DNA of 36,229 nucleotides, taken from IMG/VR virus record IMGVR_UViG_3300034061_000562, positions 1 to 36,229 of that record; one strand, written 5' to 3'. Position 1 is the first letter of the stretch; the number at the start of each line of letters is the position of its first letter. The DNA comes from a virus (taxonomy: Duplodnaviria > Caudoviricetes). The translations under genes and the position numbers were made by a program. Under the pieces are notes generated by a model, which worked only from the letters and a program-made list of their open reading frames with translations, had not been told where the DNA came from and made no database searches. Below are positions 25,701-34,911 of this stretch, piece after piece.

Positions 25701-26663
25701 TTATTTCCTTGCTTTTGGTTTAGTTTGCGCTCTAAATGCATCTGCGGATTTTTGGTCTGGAAAGTAAAATACTTTCCCACCAGCAGTAACAGAAAAGTTT
25801 TGTGGTCGTTTGTATCTATAATCTGTTGCAGCTTCGGTAGCTTCTTGCTCTGTTCGTTTATAGGGAGCTTGAAATTGTTGAGCAGCTTCAACTGTAAGTT
25901 TTTGCCAATCTGCTGGAGAACCTGTATATCCTTTATTTACTGCATATTCATAGTTTTCAATAAAGTTACTTGGTTTAACTTGTTTAGGACTTCCTACTGC
26001 TACGATTTTTCCTTGATTTGGGTCATAAACAGAACCGCCTTCAGCTACGTTTACTAAATCAACTTTTGCTGGTGTAGTAATGTCTTTTAATGTTTTAAGT
26101 CCTGCTAAATAAGATGCTGCTCTTGGGTCACCACTTAATATCATGGCATTTAATGCTTCTTGACTCATTTCTTGTGTTGCTGGAGCAGTCATTACTTGCT
26201 GCGTAGTAGCAGGTGCGTAAGTTTTGCTTAACCCAAAGTTTGGCGCTACTGCATTTGCATCTGGAGTTTGTGGTAAGTAACCGCCACCTGATATTTGCTC
26301 AGTTGCATATTGTGCTGGAGTAGTTTTATATAGACCTTGAGCAGCAGTATCAAATGCTGTACGTTGTTTTTGTTGACGTTGCATCTCGGCAATTTTTTGT
26401 TGAGTCATATAGTCTTGCAAAGCAGTATCATAAACACCTTGTGCGCCTTGCATACCGGCTTGTAGTGACTGTCCTATAATGCGACCAAGACCTAAGTTTT
26501 GATTCTTAGGTGCTGCCAGATATCCTAATACGGCATTGGCGATACCTGTAGTAGTTGCACGACCTTTTAACTTATCTACAGCCTCTTGACCGAGCAAACC
26601 GCTCATGTACTCTGGAGCTGTTGCACCAAAGCCACTTAAATAATCTAATAATCCGTTTGCCAT
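25701..26663 (-). CDS. Putative ejection protein
   Basis: 320 aa, Q/A-rich; YEYAVNKGYTGS motif. Confidence 0.55.
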   Translation of the reverse strand: MANGLLDYLSGFGATAPEYMSGLLGQEAVDKLKGRATTTGIANAVLGYLAAPKNQNLGLGRIIGQSLQAGMQGAQGVYDTALQDYMTQQKIAEMQRQQKQRTAFDTAAQGLYKTTPAQYATEQISGGGYLPQTPDANAVAPNFGLSKTYAPATTQQVMTAPATQEMSQEALNAMILSGDPRAASYLAGLKTLKDITTPAKVDLVNVAEGGSVYDPNQGKIVAVGSPKQVKPSNFIENYEYAVNKGYTGSPADWQKLTVEAAQQFQAPYKRTEQEATEAATDYRYKRPQNFSVTAGGKVFYFPDQKSADAFRAQTKPKARK

Positions 26664-26666
26664 ATA

Positions 26667-27332
26667 TTATCCTATCAAGCTAAAATTTGTTTCTCTGCGT
26701 TTAGGCATGGTGTAACCTACCTTACGCAATTCATCATATATATCACCAGTAGGTGCTTGACCAACTTTAACACTACCGCCACCTTGAATCATTGGTTGTT
26801 GCTGTGGCTGAAATTGATTAGCTACCATTGCAGCACCTTTAAGGTTATCAATAGTGCCATACTGTTTTAGCATATCCATCATTGATGAAGAAGCTGCACC
26901 AGTTGAATTAGCTAAATTCATCGTAGGTATTAATGAGCTAGATAAACCAGTAGTTCCTGCACTAGCAGCACCAGCATCTAATGCTCCCATAGCACTACCA
27001 CCTTCAGCAATAGATGATAGACCACCAATGCCAGAAAATGATGGTAATGCACTTCCACCTAAAAGACCGCCACTAGCAGCAGCACCACTTGCACCTGCGC
27101 TAGTAATTCCAGCACCAGTACCTAGCAAACCGCCAGCAGTAGCACCTGTTGCACCAGCCGTACCAGCAGCAGTTGCACCACCAGCAGCAGCACCAGCACC
27201 CATTGCGCCCATTGCAGCACCGCCTGTTGCCCCTATTGCGCCACCAATAGCAGCACCTTTTAATACATTTTTACCACGAATACCAGCTTGTGCAGCACCA
27301 ATAGCAGCACCAATCAATGCAGGATAACCCAT
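26667..27332 (-). CDS. Gly/Ala-rich ejection (pilot-like) protein
   Basis: Start MGYPALIG; glycine-zipper hydrophobic N-terminus. Confidence 0.6.
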   Translation of the reverse strand: MGYPALIGAAIGAAQAGIRGKNVLKGAAIGGAIGATGGAAMGAMGAGAAAGGATAAGTAGATGATAGGLLGTGAGITSAGASGAAASGGLLGGSALPSFSGIGGLSSIAEGGSAMGALDAGAASAGTTGLSSSLIPTMNLANSTGAASSSMMDMLKQYGTIDNLKGAAMVANQFQPQQQPMIQGGGSVKVGQAPTGDIYDELRKVGYTMPKRRETNFSLIG

Positions 27333-27333
27333 A

Positions 27334-28464
27334 CTAAGCCCCCTTCGCCTTGCCAACAATGTAGCAGATAGGTTCAATTACAGCACGGTAAATACGACCT
27401 AGTGGGTCACGTTTCTTACCACGCATCTCTTTCCACAAGTCAGCAGTACGATGACGTGCAATATGCTCTGCAACACGTCTTACAGCGCTTCTAAGCGCAT
27501 TTGGTGTACCGTTGAAGGCATAGGCTACGACAGGTAGGAATAATGTGTGATAGCCCTTCTCAATCGTCTTAGCATTCTTCATGGTAGCAGAATGTTGTAA
27601 CCATACAGCCTGACGGAATGAACCAAAGCCATAAGCCTCATTCATCGCAGTACATACTATTTTACCACCACTTGATGTGCTTGTTGTAGTAGAACCTTGA
27701 GGTGTGCCAGATAAATATTGAGCGTATTGGTTAAGTTTAGCAGTCGGTAGATTTTGCTCGTAGTTAAAGCGATTAATATCTGCTTGCAATGCTGTATTAG
27801 CATAGTCTTCTTGTGCTTGACCAGTTTTAAGCAATTGGTTGATGTCTGTGTAGTCAGCGTTAGCCAATGCCGGTGCGTTAGCAACAGCAGCCTCTTGTCT
27901 ACCACGTTCAGTAGCATAGTTTTGATAGGCTAAATCACCGTATTTGTTAGCCAATGTATTTGACAATGTATTAGCAGCACGGTTTTGTAAATCAGCACTT
28001 ACACCAGAGCCGTAACGACCAGCCATTGATGCGCCACCTTGAGCAGACTTAATTGCATCCATATAGGCTTGAGTTGCACCCTGTGTTGCACCAGCCAATG
28101 CTTGATTAAAGTATGGGTTGCTATTAAGATATTGACCACCGATAACAGCTTGTTGTTGTTGCTGTGCTGCCGGTAGCAATGGATTGCCTGCCATAGCACG
28201 ATTGCCTGCTGCTGCCAAGGCTTGAGTAGTCTGTGCAGATGGGGCAACATAAGTCTGATTTGGATAGTATTGCGGACTAGCACCTTGATAAAGGTTTTTA
28301 GCTTCACCTAAACCAAATTCAACGTATGGCTTTAATGTTGGGTCAATACCGGTAGTTGATTGTTGTTGCTGACCACCGCCACCGCCCATACCTTCTAATG
28401 TCATGCGTTTGCCGACTGGTTTAAATGCTAATTCTGGCAACATATCTAAATGGTTGTATCTCAT
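27334..28464 (-). CDS. Ejection protein with C-terminal GGKIVCT domain
   Basis: 376 aa; Q/A-rich body, TTTSTSS linker, distinct basic C-domain. Confidence 0.6.
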   Translation of the reverse strand: MRYNHLDMLPELAFKPVGKRMTLEGMGGGGGQQQQSTTGIDPTLKPYVEFGLGEAKNLYQGASPQYYPNQTYVAPSAQTTQALAAAGNRAMAGNPLLPAAQQQQQAVIGGQYLNSNPYFNQALAGATQGATQAYMDAIKSAQGGASMAGRYGSGVSADLQNRAANTLSNTLANKYGDLAYQNYATERGRQEAAVANAPALANADYTDINQLLKTGQAQEDYANTALQADINRFNYEQNLPTAKLNQYAQYLSGTPQGSTTTSTSSGGKIVCTAMNEAYGFGSFRQAVWLQHSATMKNAKTIEKGYHTLFLPVVAYAFNGTPNALRSAVRRVAEHIARHRTADLWKEMRGKKRDPLGRIYRAVIEPICYIVGKAKGA

Positions 28465-28473
28465 GTAAATCTC

Positions 28474-28863
28474 CTAAATGCGTAATTCCCAATGTCTTGG
28501 TCTAAAACCTAATTGTTTTGCTCTCGTTTCCCAGCCACTTCTCATGGATGCAAACGTCACTTTTGTGCAATTGCCTTGTTTAGCAATGCTCTTGGCAAAC
28601 TCAAGTCCAAAGGATAAATCATCGGGGTTGCTTGAATCTAACCATGCTGCCCAAATGTGCATCTCTACACCGTTAGGCTGTAATACAATAAAACCTTTCT
28701 TTTCCGGTAATACCCACAACATTGAGCGTTGTTCGTAGCAGTCGCAATAAATGTCCTCTACTAGCCAATCAGAATGCCCTTTAGCACGAACCTTCTCAAG
28801 ACCCATGCGAACCCACCACCAGCAATGGCGCAGTTCGTTAGGTTTTACGTAAGAAAAGTCCAT
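28474..28863 (-). CDS. GNAT-like virion assembly protein (putative)
   Basis: GFIVL, MHIWAAW, AK.GNC..VTF.S.R.GW...LGF; position before ejection genes. Confidence 0.5.
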   Translation of the reverse strand: MDFSYVKPNELRHCWWWVRMGLEKVRAKGHSDWLVEDIYCDCYEQRSMLWVLPEKKGFIVLQPNGVEMHIWAAWLDSSNPDDLSFGLEFAKSIAKQGNCTKVTFASMRSGWETRAKQLGFRPRHWELRI

Positions 28864-29636
28864 TATCCAACCACCAAGTATTTGTATGTCTTGTTTGCTA
28901 CTGAATTAGCATAATGTGTCAAAGTTGCAGTACCTTTAGATTGTGCGCTAATGTACGGTGATTGTATTGGCGATGCTAATGTCAATGTTACTACGCTAGA
29001 CGGTATTAATGGTCTAGCAAACGGTGTTGTTTGTGCTGCGTATGCTTCTATATAAGTACCAGTTGCAGCAATTGCTATGCCAAGTTCAATGTAATCACCA
29101 GCACTACAGGTAACAAAGAAGTTAGCCACGGCTACTAAATAACCGTCTGAAGAACCGTGCTTTGCTGGCACATCAAATTTACTAGCAGTACCATCAATAT
29201 TTACTCCATTTACTTTTAGCCATATTTCAGTAGCATCTGTTTGTGTAGTAGTATTTGCTAGTTGTAATGAAAATTGTACATTATAAGTACCGGCATTTCT
29301 TACATATATCTTATTTGCTGATAAATATGAACCATCAGCAATATCTGTCGTATTTAATGCAACAGTATAAGCCGTATTAGCTGCTGCAAATGTTTGGTCT
29401 ACTGTATTTTGATACGATGCATACGGTACTAAGTTATTGCCGGCTGCTGATGATACAGGAGCTAATAGTATAACCGAGTCATAGCCAATTCGCTCGTCAG
29501 TAATAGTAGTAGTAGTTGCGTTACCAGTTGCTAATGTAACACTACCAGTATTGTTAGACTTACCTTCAACAAGATTGTTTACTACCTCGGATATTTCCCG
29601 TGGAGTAGAGCCTGCTGGGTTGAGCTTACGATACAT
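28863..29636 (-). CDS. Tail-associated protein with internal beta-rich domain
   Basis: 257 aa; GKSNNTG..TL; internal GTYNVQFSLQL...AGDYIEL. Confidence 0.55.
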   Translation of the reverse strand: MYRKLNPAGSTPREISEVVNNLVEGKSNNTGSVTLATGNATTTTITDERIGYDSVILLAPVSSAAGNNLVPYASYQNTVDQTFAAANTAYTVALNTTDIADGSYLSANKIYVRNAGTYNVQFSLQLANTTTQTDATEIWLKVNGVNIDGTASKFDVPAKHGSSDGYLVAVANFFVTCSAGDYIELGIAIAATGTYIEAYAAQTTPFARPLIPSSVVTLTLASPIQSPYISAQSKGTATLTHYANSVANKTYKYLVVG

Positions 29637-31066
29637 TATCTAGTACCCTGTGGAGTAACATCAATATCAATACCAATGGCATTAGACCAATTGCTTCCAC
29701 TAGGGATTACTGACAGACGATGGTACTTACCGCTACTACGTAATGCTACACGATTCTCGCTACTTGCTGCAGTATATGAACCTAGCTGTGGTACTGCGCT
29801 TAGAAGTGTCCTAGAAGCAATTGCTACGCTCCCAGAGCCATTATCTACGATTGGTCGTGCCAATGTAACCACGGAAGTTACTTCGCTTCCTATGTCACCA
29901 GTTGTTAGAGTAGCCGTTGAGTTAGCACCAGTAAAAGTAACAATTTTGGTATCTCTTGCACCGGCAAATAAGAACTTACCACCAGCCCACAATGCATCAT
30001 CTAGTGAGGTAGTCAATGTGTCCATGTTGCCGTATAGGTCTAATCCTTCTAACGTCATACCGGCTGATGCAGAACTAGCCACGACATCCACGTCCGTAAC
30101 GCAAGATGACCACTTCTGTACTTGCCAGTTGTAGATTAGTAAAGTATTTTGTGCAAAGTTGTCTATGAACTTCCAAACCACAATCTTACGAATCGGGTCA
30201 ATGGTTGATGACATTAAATTAAGTTTAGACGGGTTGGCATTAGCATAGAACCATGAGTCTACCTTTTGCGTACCAATTGACGTTACTGTAGAGCCATCGC
30301 ATGAATAGAAGCCATCAGCACCTAAGAAGTAGCTCATGCCACCGTACTGCACAACAGAGTTACCTTCAACACAGCCAACACCACGACTAATCGTGTCAAA
30401 TTGGAAGAATAAAGGTGAGCCAATGTAAGACATACGCACGATAGCACGGTCTAGGAATATAAGACCAACCTCACCACCGGTCATGCCTGTAATGTTGCCA
30501 CCATCGGCAATTACTTGGTAATCGGATTGTGATGCGCCACCTGATACCCAGTCAAACTCGTCATTGATGTCAGACCATTGAACCTTGTTTGAGTTACTAC
30601 CAGCATCTAAGTTGGCAGCAACAACAAAGTCACGCACGACTGTAACGTACTTAGCTACAGGAGCATCTACGCTTAAATCACTAAATATTGAGCTTGAGCC
30701 TAGTGTGTATGCTTGTAGTTTGTTGACGTTATTAGCTGCAATAACAGTATTGCCAAACTGCGTAAAGTTCCATTTGACTACGCTGCTATAGTTGCCAGTT
30801 TTAGATACGTTATCCATGCTTAAATCGCCACCATCAAACTTAAATAGCTTGGTAGCACCGCCAGCAAATATACTGGTAGTAGCACTAAAACGAGCAGCAA
30901 AAGTATTGTTAAGGTCTTCACTTGCAGCAGCAGAATAATCTACGGCTAACGGGAATGGACTATAACCTAATGCAGTAGGAACTACATTCTGTGCAACAGA
31001 CAAGTTTTCAGCAACACCGGCTAAGTCTGGTGTCCATTCTGTAAAAGCTATGCGCTGAGTAGCCAT
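29636..31066 (-). CDS. Tail hub/nozzle (P22 gp10-like stabilisation protein)
   Basis: 476 aa beta-rich; EWTPD, VQWSDIND, FQFDTIS..VGC, DGFY. Confidence 0.7.
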   Translation of the reverse strand: MATQRIAFTEWTPDLAGVAENLSVAQNVVPTALGYSPFPLAVDYSAAASEDLNNTFAARFSATTSIFAGGATKLFKFDGGDLSMDNVSKTGNYSSVVKWNFTQFGNTVIAANNVNKLQAYTLGSSSIFSDLSVDAPVAKYVTVVRDFVVAANLDAGSNSNKVQWSDINDEFDWVSGGASQSDYQVIADGGNITGMTGGEVGLIFLDRAIVRMSYIGSPLFFQFDTISRGVGCVEGNSVVQYGGMSYFLGADGFYSCDGSTVTSIGTQKVDSWFYANANPSKLNLMSSTIDPIRKIVVWKFIDNFAQNTLLIYNWQVQKWSSCVTDVDVVASSASAGMTLEGLDLYGNMDTLTTSLDDALWAGGKFLFAGARDTKIVTFTGANSTATLTTGDIGSEVTSVVTLARPIVDNGSGSVAIASRTLLSAVPQLGSYTAASSENRVALRSSGKYHRLSVIPSGSNWSNAIGIDIDVTPQGTR

Positions 31067-31067
31067 T

Positions 31068-31808
31068 TTAAGCCTTCATTATGTAACATAAAGCATAGTA
31101 TGGGGGTAAGTTAGCATTTGTACCACTTACACCAGCAGAAGCTACGGATGTTGATACAGTAATACCAGTTGATGCTGCACTATTAATTACTGTCGCTGAA
31201 TTTACTCCGCCATTATAAACAGGGAAGTAGTTACTACCACTTAAGTTACCTGTAAAACCTTGTGTTGGGTGATTATGTGTTGGGTCTGATACAGTAGATG
31301 TTGCTGTATGAGTATGACTTACTACAACAGCATCAGCACTACCACCAGTTGCACCTACGGCATAAGTTGCACCAGTACCAGAGCCTATAACAAATTTATT
31401 TCGTAAGTCTGGTGTTGAGTTATTGCCATCGCATACATACCATCCACTAGGAACAGTTGCAATAGAGCCTGACCACATCATAATCATGCCAGAAACAAAT
31501 GCAGTCAATGTTGTCCATTCTGGTGATAAACTAGCACCCCTTGATGTCAAGAGCTGACCAGAAGTACCAACAGAGCTATTAGCAGTCAATGTGCTAGATA
31601 AAGTTGTATTACCTGTAACAACTAAAGCGCCACCTACGGTAAAGTTATCTGCATCTGTACCAGTTTGCTGGTCTTTAACTTGAGCCATCAACTCACGGAT
31701 AGCATTATTAATACCAGATGGCGCACAACCCTCGGCAATATCTATGCCACCAATGTCTGTATTGTTGGATGCCGTTGCACTCCACTCACTTATCTTATTT
31801 TTACTCAT
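31068..31808 (-). CDS. Tail fibre/spike protein with tail-collar domain
   Basis: EGCAPSGINNAIR N-anchor; GMIMMWSG..VPSGW.VCDG..TPDLRNKF; NLPPYYALCYIMK. Confidence 0.8.
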   Translation of the reverse strand: MSKNKISEWSATASNNTDIGGIDIAEGCAPSGINNAIRELMAQVKDQQTGTDADNFTVGGALVVTGNTTLSSTLTANSSVGTSGQLLTSRGASLSPEWTTLTAFVSGMIMMWSGSIATVPSGWYVCDGNNSTPDLRNKFVIGSGTGATYAVGATGGSADAVVVSHTHTATSTVSDPTHNHPTQGFTGNLSGSNYFPVYNGGVNSATVINSAASTGITVSTSVASAGVSGTNANLPPYYALCYIMKA

Positions 31809-31811
31809 TAT

Positions 31812-32279
31812 TTATCCCCTAGCAAACTCTTTATGATATTTATCTCTTGCTTCTATTGCTACTAATTCTGCAAATTCCAAGTCATCAAAAAATCCAATGT
31901 GTTTAACTTTCTTATCAACCCCAATTTGTACGTGCCATTTATTAGCTCTTACATTAAAGCAAACACCCTTAATTCCAATTTTGTTATTTTTGTTTATTTT
32001 TCTATTTTGCATATTTTGGTTTCTTGTACATAACCTTAAATTGCAAATGCTGTTATCAGATGGATTGCCATTTATATGGTCTATATGGCTTTCAGGATAT
32101 TCTCCATAAACATACAACCAAGCTAATTTATGCGCTCTAAAATGTTTATTGTTAAAATTAAACCTTACATAGCCATCTTTTTGAGTATATCCAGCTATTT
32201 TACTATTTTTAATCCAAGTAAAAATACCTGTATCTTGGTCATAATTTAATACAGATTTTAAAAACTCTTGGGTTACCAT
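31812..32279 (-). CDS. HNH homing endonuclease with AP2-like C-terminus
   Basis: AHKLAW, IDHINGNPSDNSICNLR...N; GIKGV...KWHVQI...HIGFF. Confidence 0.9.
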   Translation of the reverse strand: MVTQEFLKSVLNYDQDTGIFTWIKNSKIAGYTQKDGYVRFNFNNKHFRAHKLAWLYVYGEYPESHIDHINGNPSDNSICNLRLCTRNQNMQNRKINKNNKIGIKGVCFNVRANKWHVQIGVDKKVKHIGFFDDLEFAELVAIEARDKYHKEFARG

Positions 32280-32282
32280 GAT

Positions 32283-32996
32283 TTATCCCTTTAAAAGCCA
32301 TGTATTATTGCCTACTGGTGTTTCTACCCATGTATTTGAGCCTACTGATGTATCTGTCCAAGTATTTTCTGATTCAGGCATTGGTGTCCAGTTATGACCT
32401 AAATTAATACCGACTGCTGTTACTGTAGCATTACCTGTAATTGCGCCTAATCCGTACCATATTGCGCTACCATTAGCATTTACAGTAGCAATGCCATTAA
32501 TACTTGCATCTGCACTATATTCAACACCACCAAGTGCCGTAACTGTAGCAAGACCGACTACCGAGCCTGATGCTGTGCGTATTCTTATTGAGTCACTTGA
32601 TACTGTAGCCGTGCCAGTTATTGCACCAGCAGCACTTCTAATCCTGTAAGCCGTAGCTTGTACTGTAGCATTAGCTGTTATTATAGCATTTGCGCTGTAA
32701 ATTACACTAGAACTTGCAGAAACACTTGCCAAGCCATTAATGCTTGCTACCCCTACTCTTACCCTTACTCCGTCTGCTAAAACAAGCGCATTGCCGACAA
32801 TTTGAGCGTTTGCTGACTTAACTGTAGCTGCATTTGCAGTAACGGCAGCATTTGCTGTAATAACAGCTTGACCTGTACGGATTGCATAAGCATTTGCAGT
32901 AACTAATGCACTACCATCAACACTTGCTGCTGCTAAGATTACTTGGCTGGCTAGTGAGCTATATGGTATCTGTGAAAATGCTGCAAATCCAAACAT
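32283..32996 (-). CDS. Ala/Val-rich repetitive virion protein
   Basis: MFG..AFS..P start; repeats of A.I.G.A.V.A; C-terminal NTW repeats. Confidence 0.6.
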   Translation of the reverse strand: MFGFAAFSQIPYSSLASQVILAAASVDGSALVTANAYAIRTGQAVITANAAVTANAATVKSANAQIVGNALVLADGVRVRVGVASINGLASVSASSSVIYSANAIITANATVQATAYRIRSAAGAITGTATVSSDSIRIRTASGSVVGLATVTALGGVEYSADASINGIATVNANGSAIWYGLGAITGNATVTAVGINLGHNWTPMPESENTWTDTSVGSNTWVETPVGNNTWLLKG

Positions 32997-32999
32997 AAT

Positions 33000-33284
33000 T
33001 TATCCTATTAAGGCTACTGCAACGAAACCTACTAAGCCACCTAGTGTGGTTACCACCCAATCCCAAAAGTCAGCAGTATGTGACTCAGGATGTAGGTAGT
33101 CGTATATCTCTTTTAATGCAGCAATGATAGCTACGACCACTACAGAGTAAAAGCCGATGAATGGTGTCAACACGGCAGCGATGATAAAGCCTGATATAAA
33201 GTGCATTTGCTTGTCGCAAGGCACTTTGCACACGATGCAGAACTGGCTTAGGAAAGCATTGAGTTTAGCGATTATCTTTTCCAT
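33000..33284 (-). CDS. VanZ-like small membrane protein
   Basis: DKQMHF, KEIYD, DFWD..TTLGG with hydrophobic helices. Confidence 0.6.
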   Translation of the reverse strand: MEKIIAKLNAFLSQFCIVCKVPCDKQMHFISGFIIAAVLTPFIGFYSVVVVAIIAALKEIYDYLHPESHTADFWDWVVTTLGGLVGFVAVALIG

Positions 33285-33293
33285 TATGATTCC

Positions 33294-34268
33294 TTAGAAG
33301 GTTATTGAACCGCTACCAGTCCACTTATAGACTCTATAACCACCTGCTACTGTAATTGTTGGAGAGCCTGTTGTAGAATTTGCCGCATCGTAGGTGTCTG
33401 CGTAGCGGATAATAACTATACCAGAACCACCTGCTTTTGGGCTTGGGTATGAACCGCCACCACCACCACCTGTGTTGGCTGTACCTGCAACTGAAGCACC
33501 ACCACCTTCACCGCCTCTACCACCACCGCCTGAACCTCCAGCACCGCCTAATCCGCTAACAGCAGCATATCCGCCACCGCCACCGCCACCAGCGTAAGTT
33601 ACTGATGAGCCAGAGATTGAACTTGCTGTACCATTACCACCAGAGCCACCTTGTAGACCTGAGGTATTTGTACCAACTGCTGAAGCACCACCGCCACCAC
33701 CGCCACTACCATTGCTGCCTGAACCGCCAGTACCACCAGCATAACCTTGCCCTGCTGTGCCAGCACCGCCAGCACCTGTGCTTGAACCACCGCCACCACC
33801 AGAACCACCGCCATTACCTGCACCACCATTGGTATTACCACCACCGCCACCAAGGGATGTGATAGAACCAAATACTGAATCACCACCACTTCCGCTATTT
33901 GTAGCACCACCTGCACCTACTGTTACAGTTATGGCAGAGCCAGAAGTGACGGCAAGACCAGTAGCAGTTCTAAATCCACCTGCACCACCACCACCACCAA
34001 TGTTAAATCCACCTGCACCCCCACCAGCAACAACTAAGTACTCTACATTGGGGGTTGGATTAGGAATATATGCAGTAACGCTATACCAAGTTGACCCATT
34101 GTAATATTCTGTAACACCTAGTGTTGTATTGTATCGTGTCATACCTACTGATGGGCTTGCTGGTCGTTGTGCGGTAGTTCCAGCAGGAATAATTAATGCA
34201 CCAGTAGATGCAGTACCAACCACTCCACTTGATGTAATTCCAGCCGTTCCGTCTAATGTGATTGCCAT
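33294..34268 (-). CDS. Glycine-rich fibre/adhesin-like protein, paralog A
   Basis: GTTAQRP module; EYLVVAGGG...GGSGIVIIRY domain. Confidence 0.75.
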   Translation of the reverse strand: MAITLDGTAGITSSGVVGTASTGALIIPAGTTAQRPASPSVGMTRYNTTLGVTEYYNGSTWYSVTAYIPNPTPNVEYLVVAGGGAGGFNIGGGGGAGGFRTATGLAVTSGSAITVTVGAGGATNSGSGGDSVFGSITSLGGGGGNTNGGAGNGGGSGGGGGSSTGAGGAGTAGQGYAGGTGGSGSNGSGGGGGGASAVGTNTSGLQGGSGGNGTASSISGSSVTYAGGGGGGGYAAVSGLGGAGGSGGGGRGGEGGGASVAGTANTGGGGGGSYPSPKAGGSGIVIIRYADTYDAANSTTGSPTITVAGGYRVYKWTGSGSITF

Positions 34269-34277
34269 GTTATATCC

Positions 34278-34544
34278 TTAAATTATTGTGCCAGTAACAC
34301 TATACCAAGCTGAACCGTTGTAATACTCAAGCACACCTAAGTCTGTATTAAAACGAAACTTACCTGTGGCTGCTGTAGGTCGTTGAGCAGTAGTTCCTGC
34401 TGGCAGATACAAAGCCCCTGTCGCAGCATCCTGTCTTGGAAATATGCCACTAGTAGCAGGTAGTGTAATGGTAGCCGTTACATTATCAACAGCAGCTAAT
34501 TCAGTTGTACCTGATGTTGCCCCTTTGATTAGTAGGTTAGACAT
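34278..34544 (-). CDS. Short paralog of the Gly-rich protein N-terminus
   Basis: GATSG, GALYLPAGTTAQRP, RFNT.LGV.EYYNGSAWYS; no Gly-rich domain. Confidence 0.6.
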   Translation of the reverse strand: MSNLLIKGATSGTTELAAVDNVTATITLPATSGIFPRQDAATGALYLPAGTTAQRPTAATGKFRFNTDLGVLEYYNGSAWYSVTGTII

Positions 34545-34902
34545 TCTCAACCCATGCTAGTGTTTCTTCATTCCATACATATACTTTACCATCTGTAGGC
34601 ATGGCTACTGGAGCTGACCATTGGCAAGTGTCTTCATTTAATAACCAGCTTGCATAAGGTTTAGGTGGGATGAATGCATCACGAACTCTATCGTATGTGT
34701 AACCAATGCCTGCGTAATTCTTACGTATAGTACCGTTGTAAGATGTTTGAACCCATTTAGAGTAGCCACCTGACCAACGGATAAAGAAAGCCTTACCCAT
34801 GTCCTCGGACTCTACACCTTCATTAGTCAACATCTCTATGTTGTTTAATGCGTGGACATCTATCACCACGTCGTTTTCATCTAGTTTAGCAAAATAAGCC
34901 AT
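34537..34902 (-). CDS. Fibre-associated (chaperone-like) protein
   Basis: MAYFAKLDEN, WVQTSYN, RKNYAGIGYTYD, FIPPKPYASW. Confidence 0.65.
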   Translation of the reverse strand: MAYFAKLDENDVVIDVHALNNIEMLTNEGVESEDMGKAFFIRWSGGYSKWVQTSYNGTIRKNYAGIGYTYDRVRDAFIPPKPYASWLLNEDTCQWSAPVAMPTDGKVYVWNEETLAWVENV

Positions 34903-34911
34903 ATTATTTCC

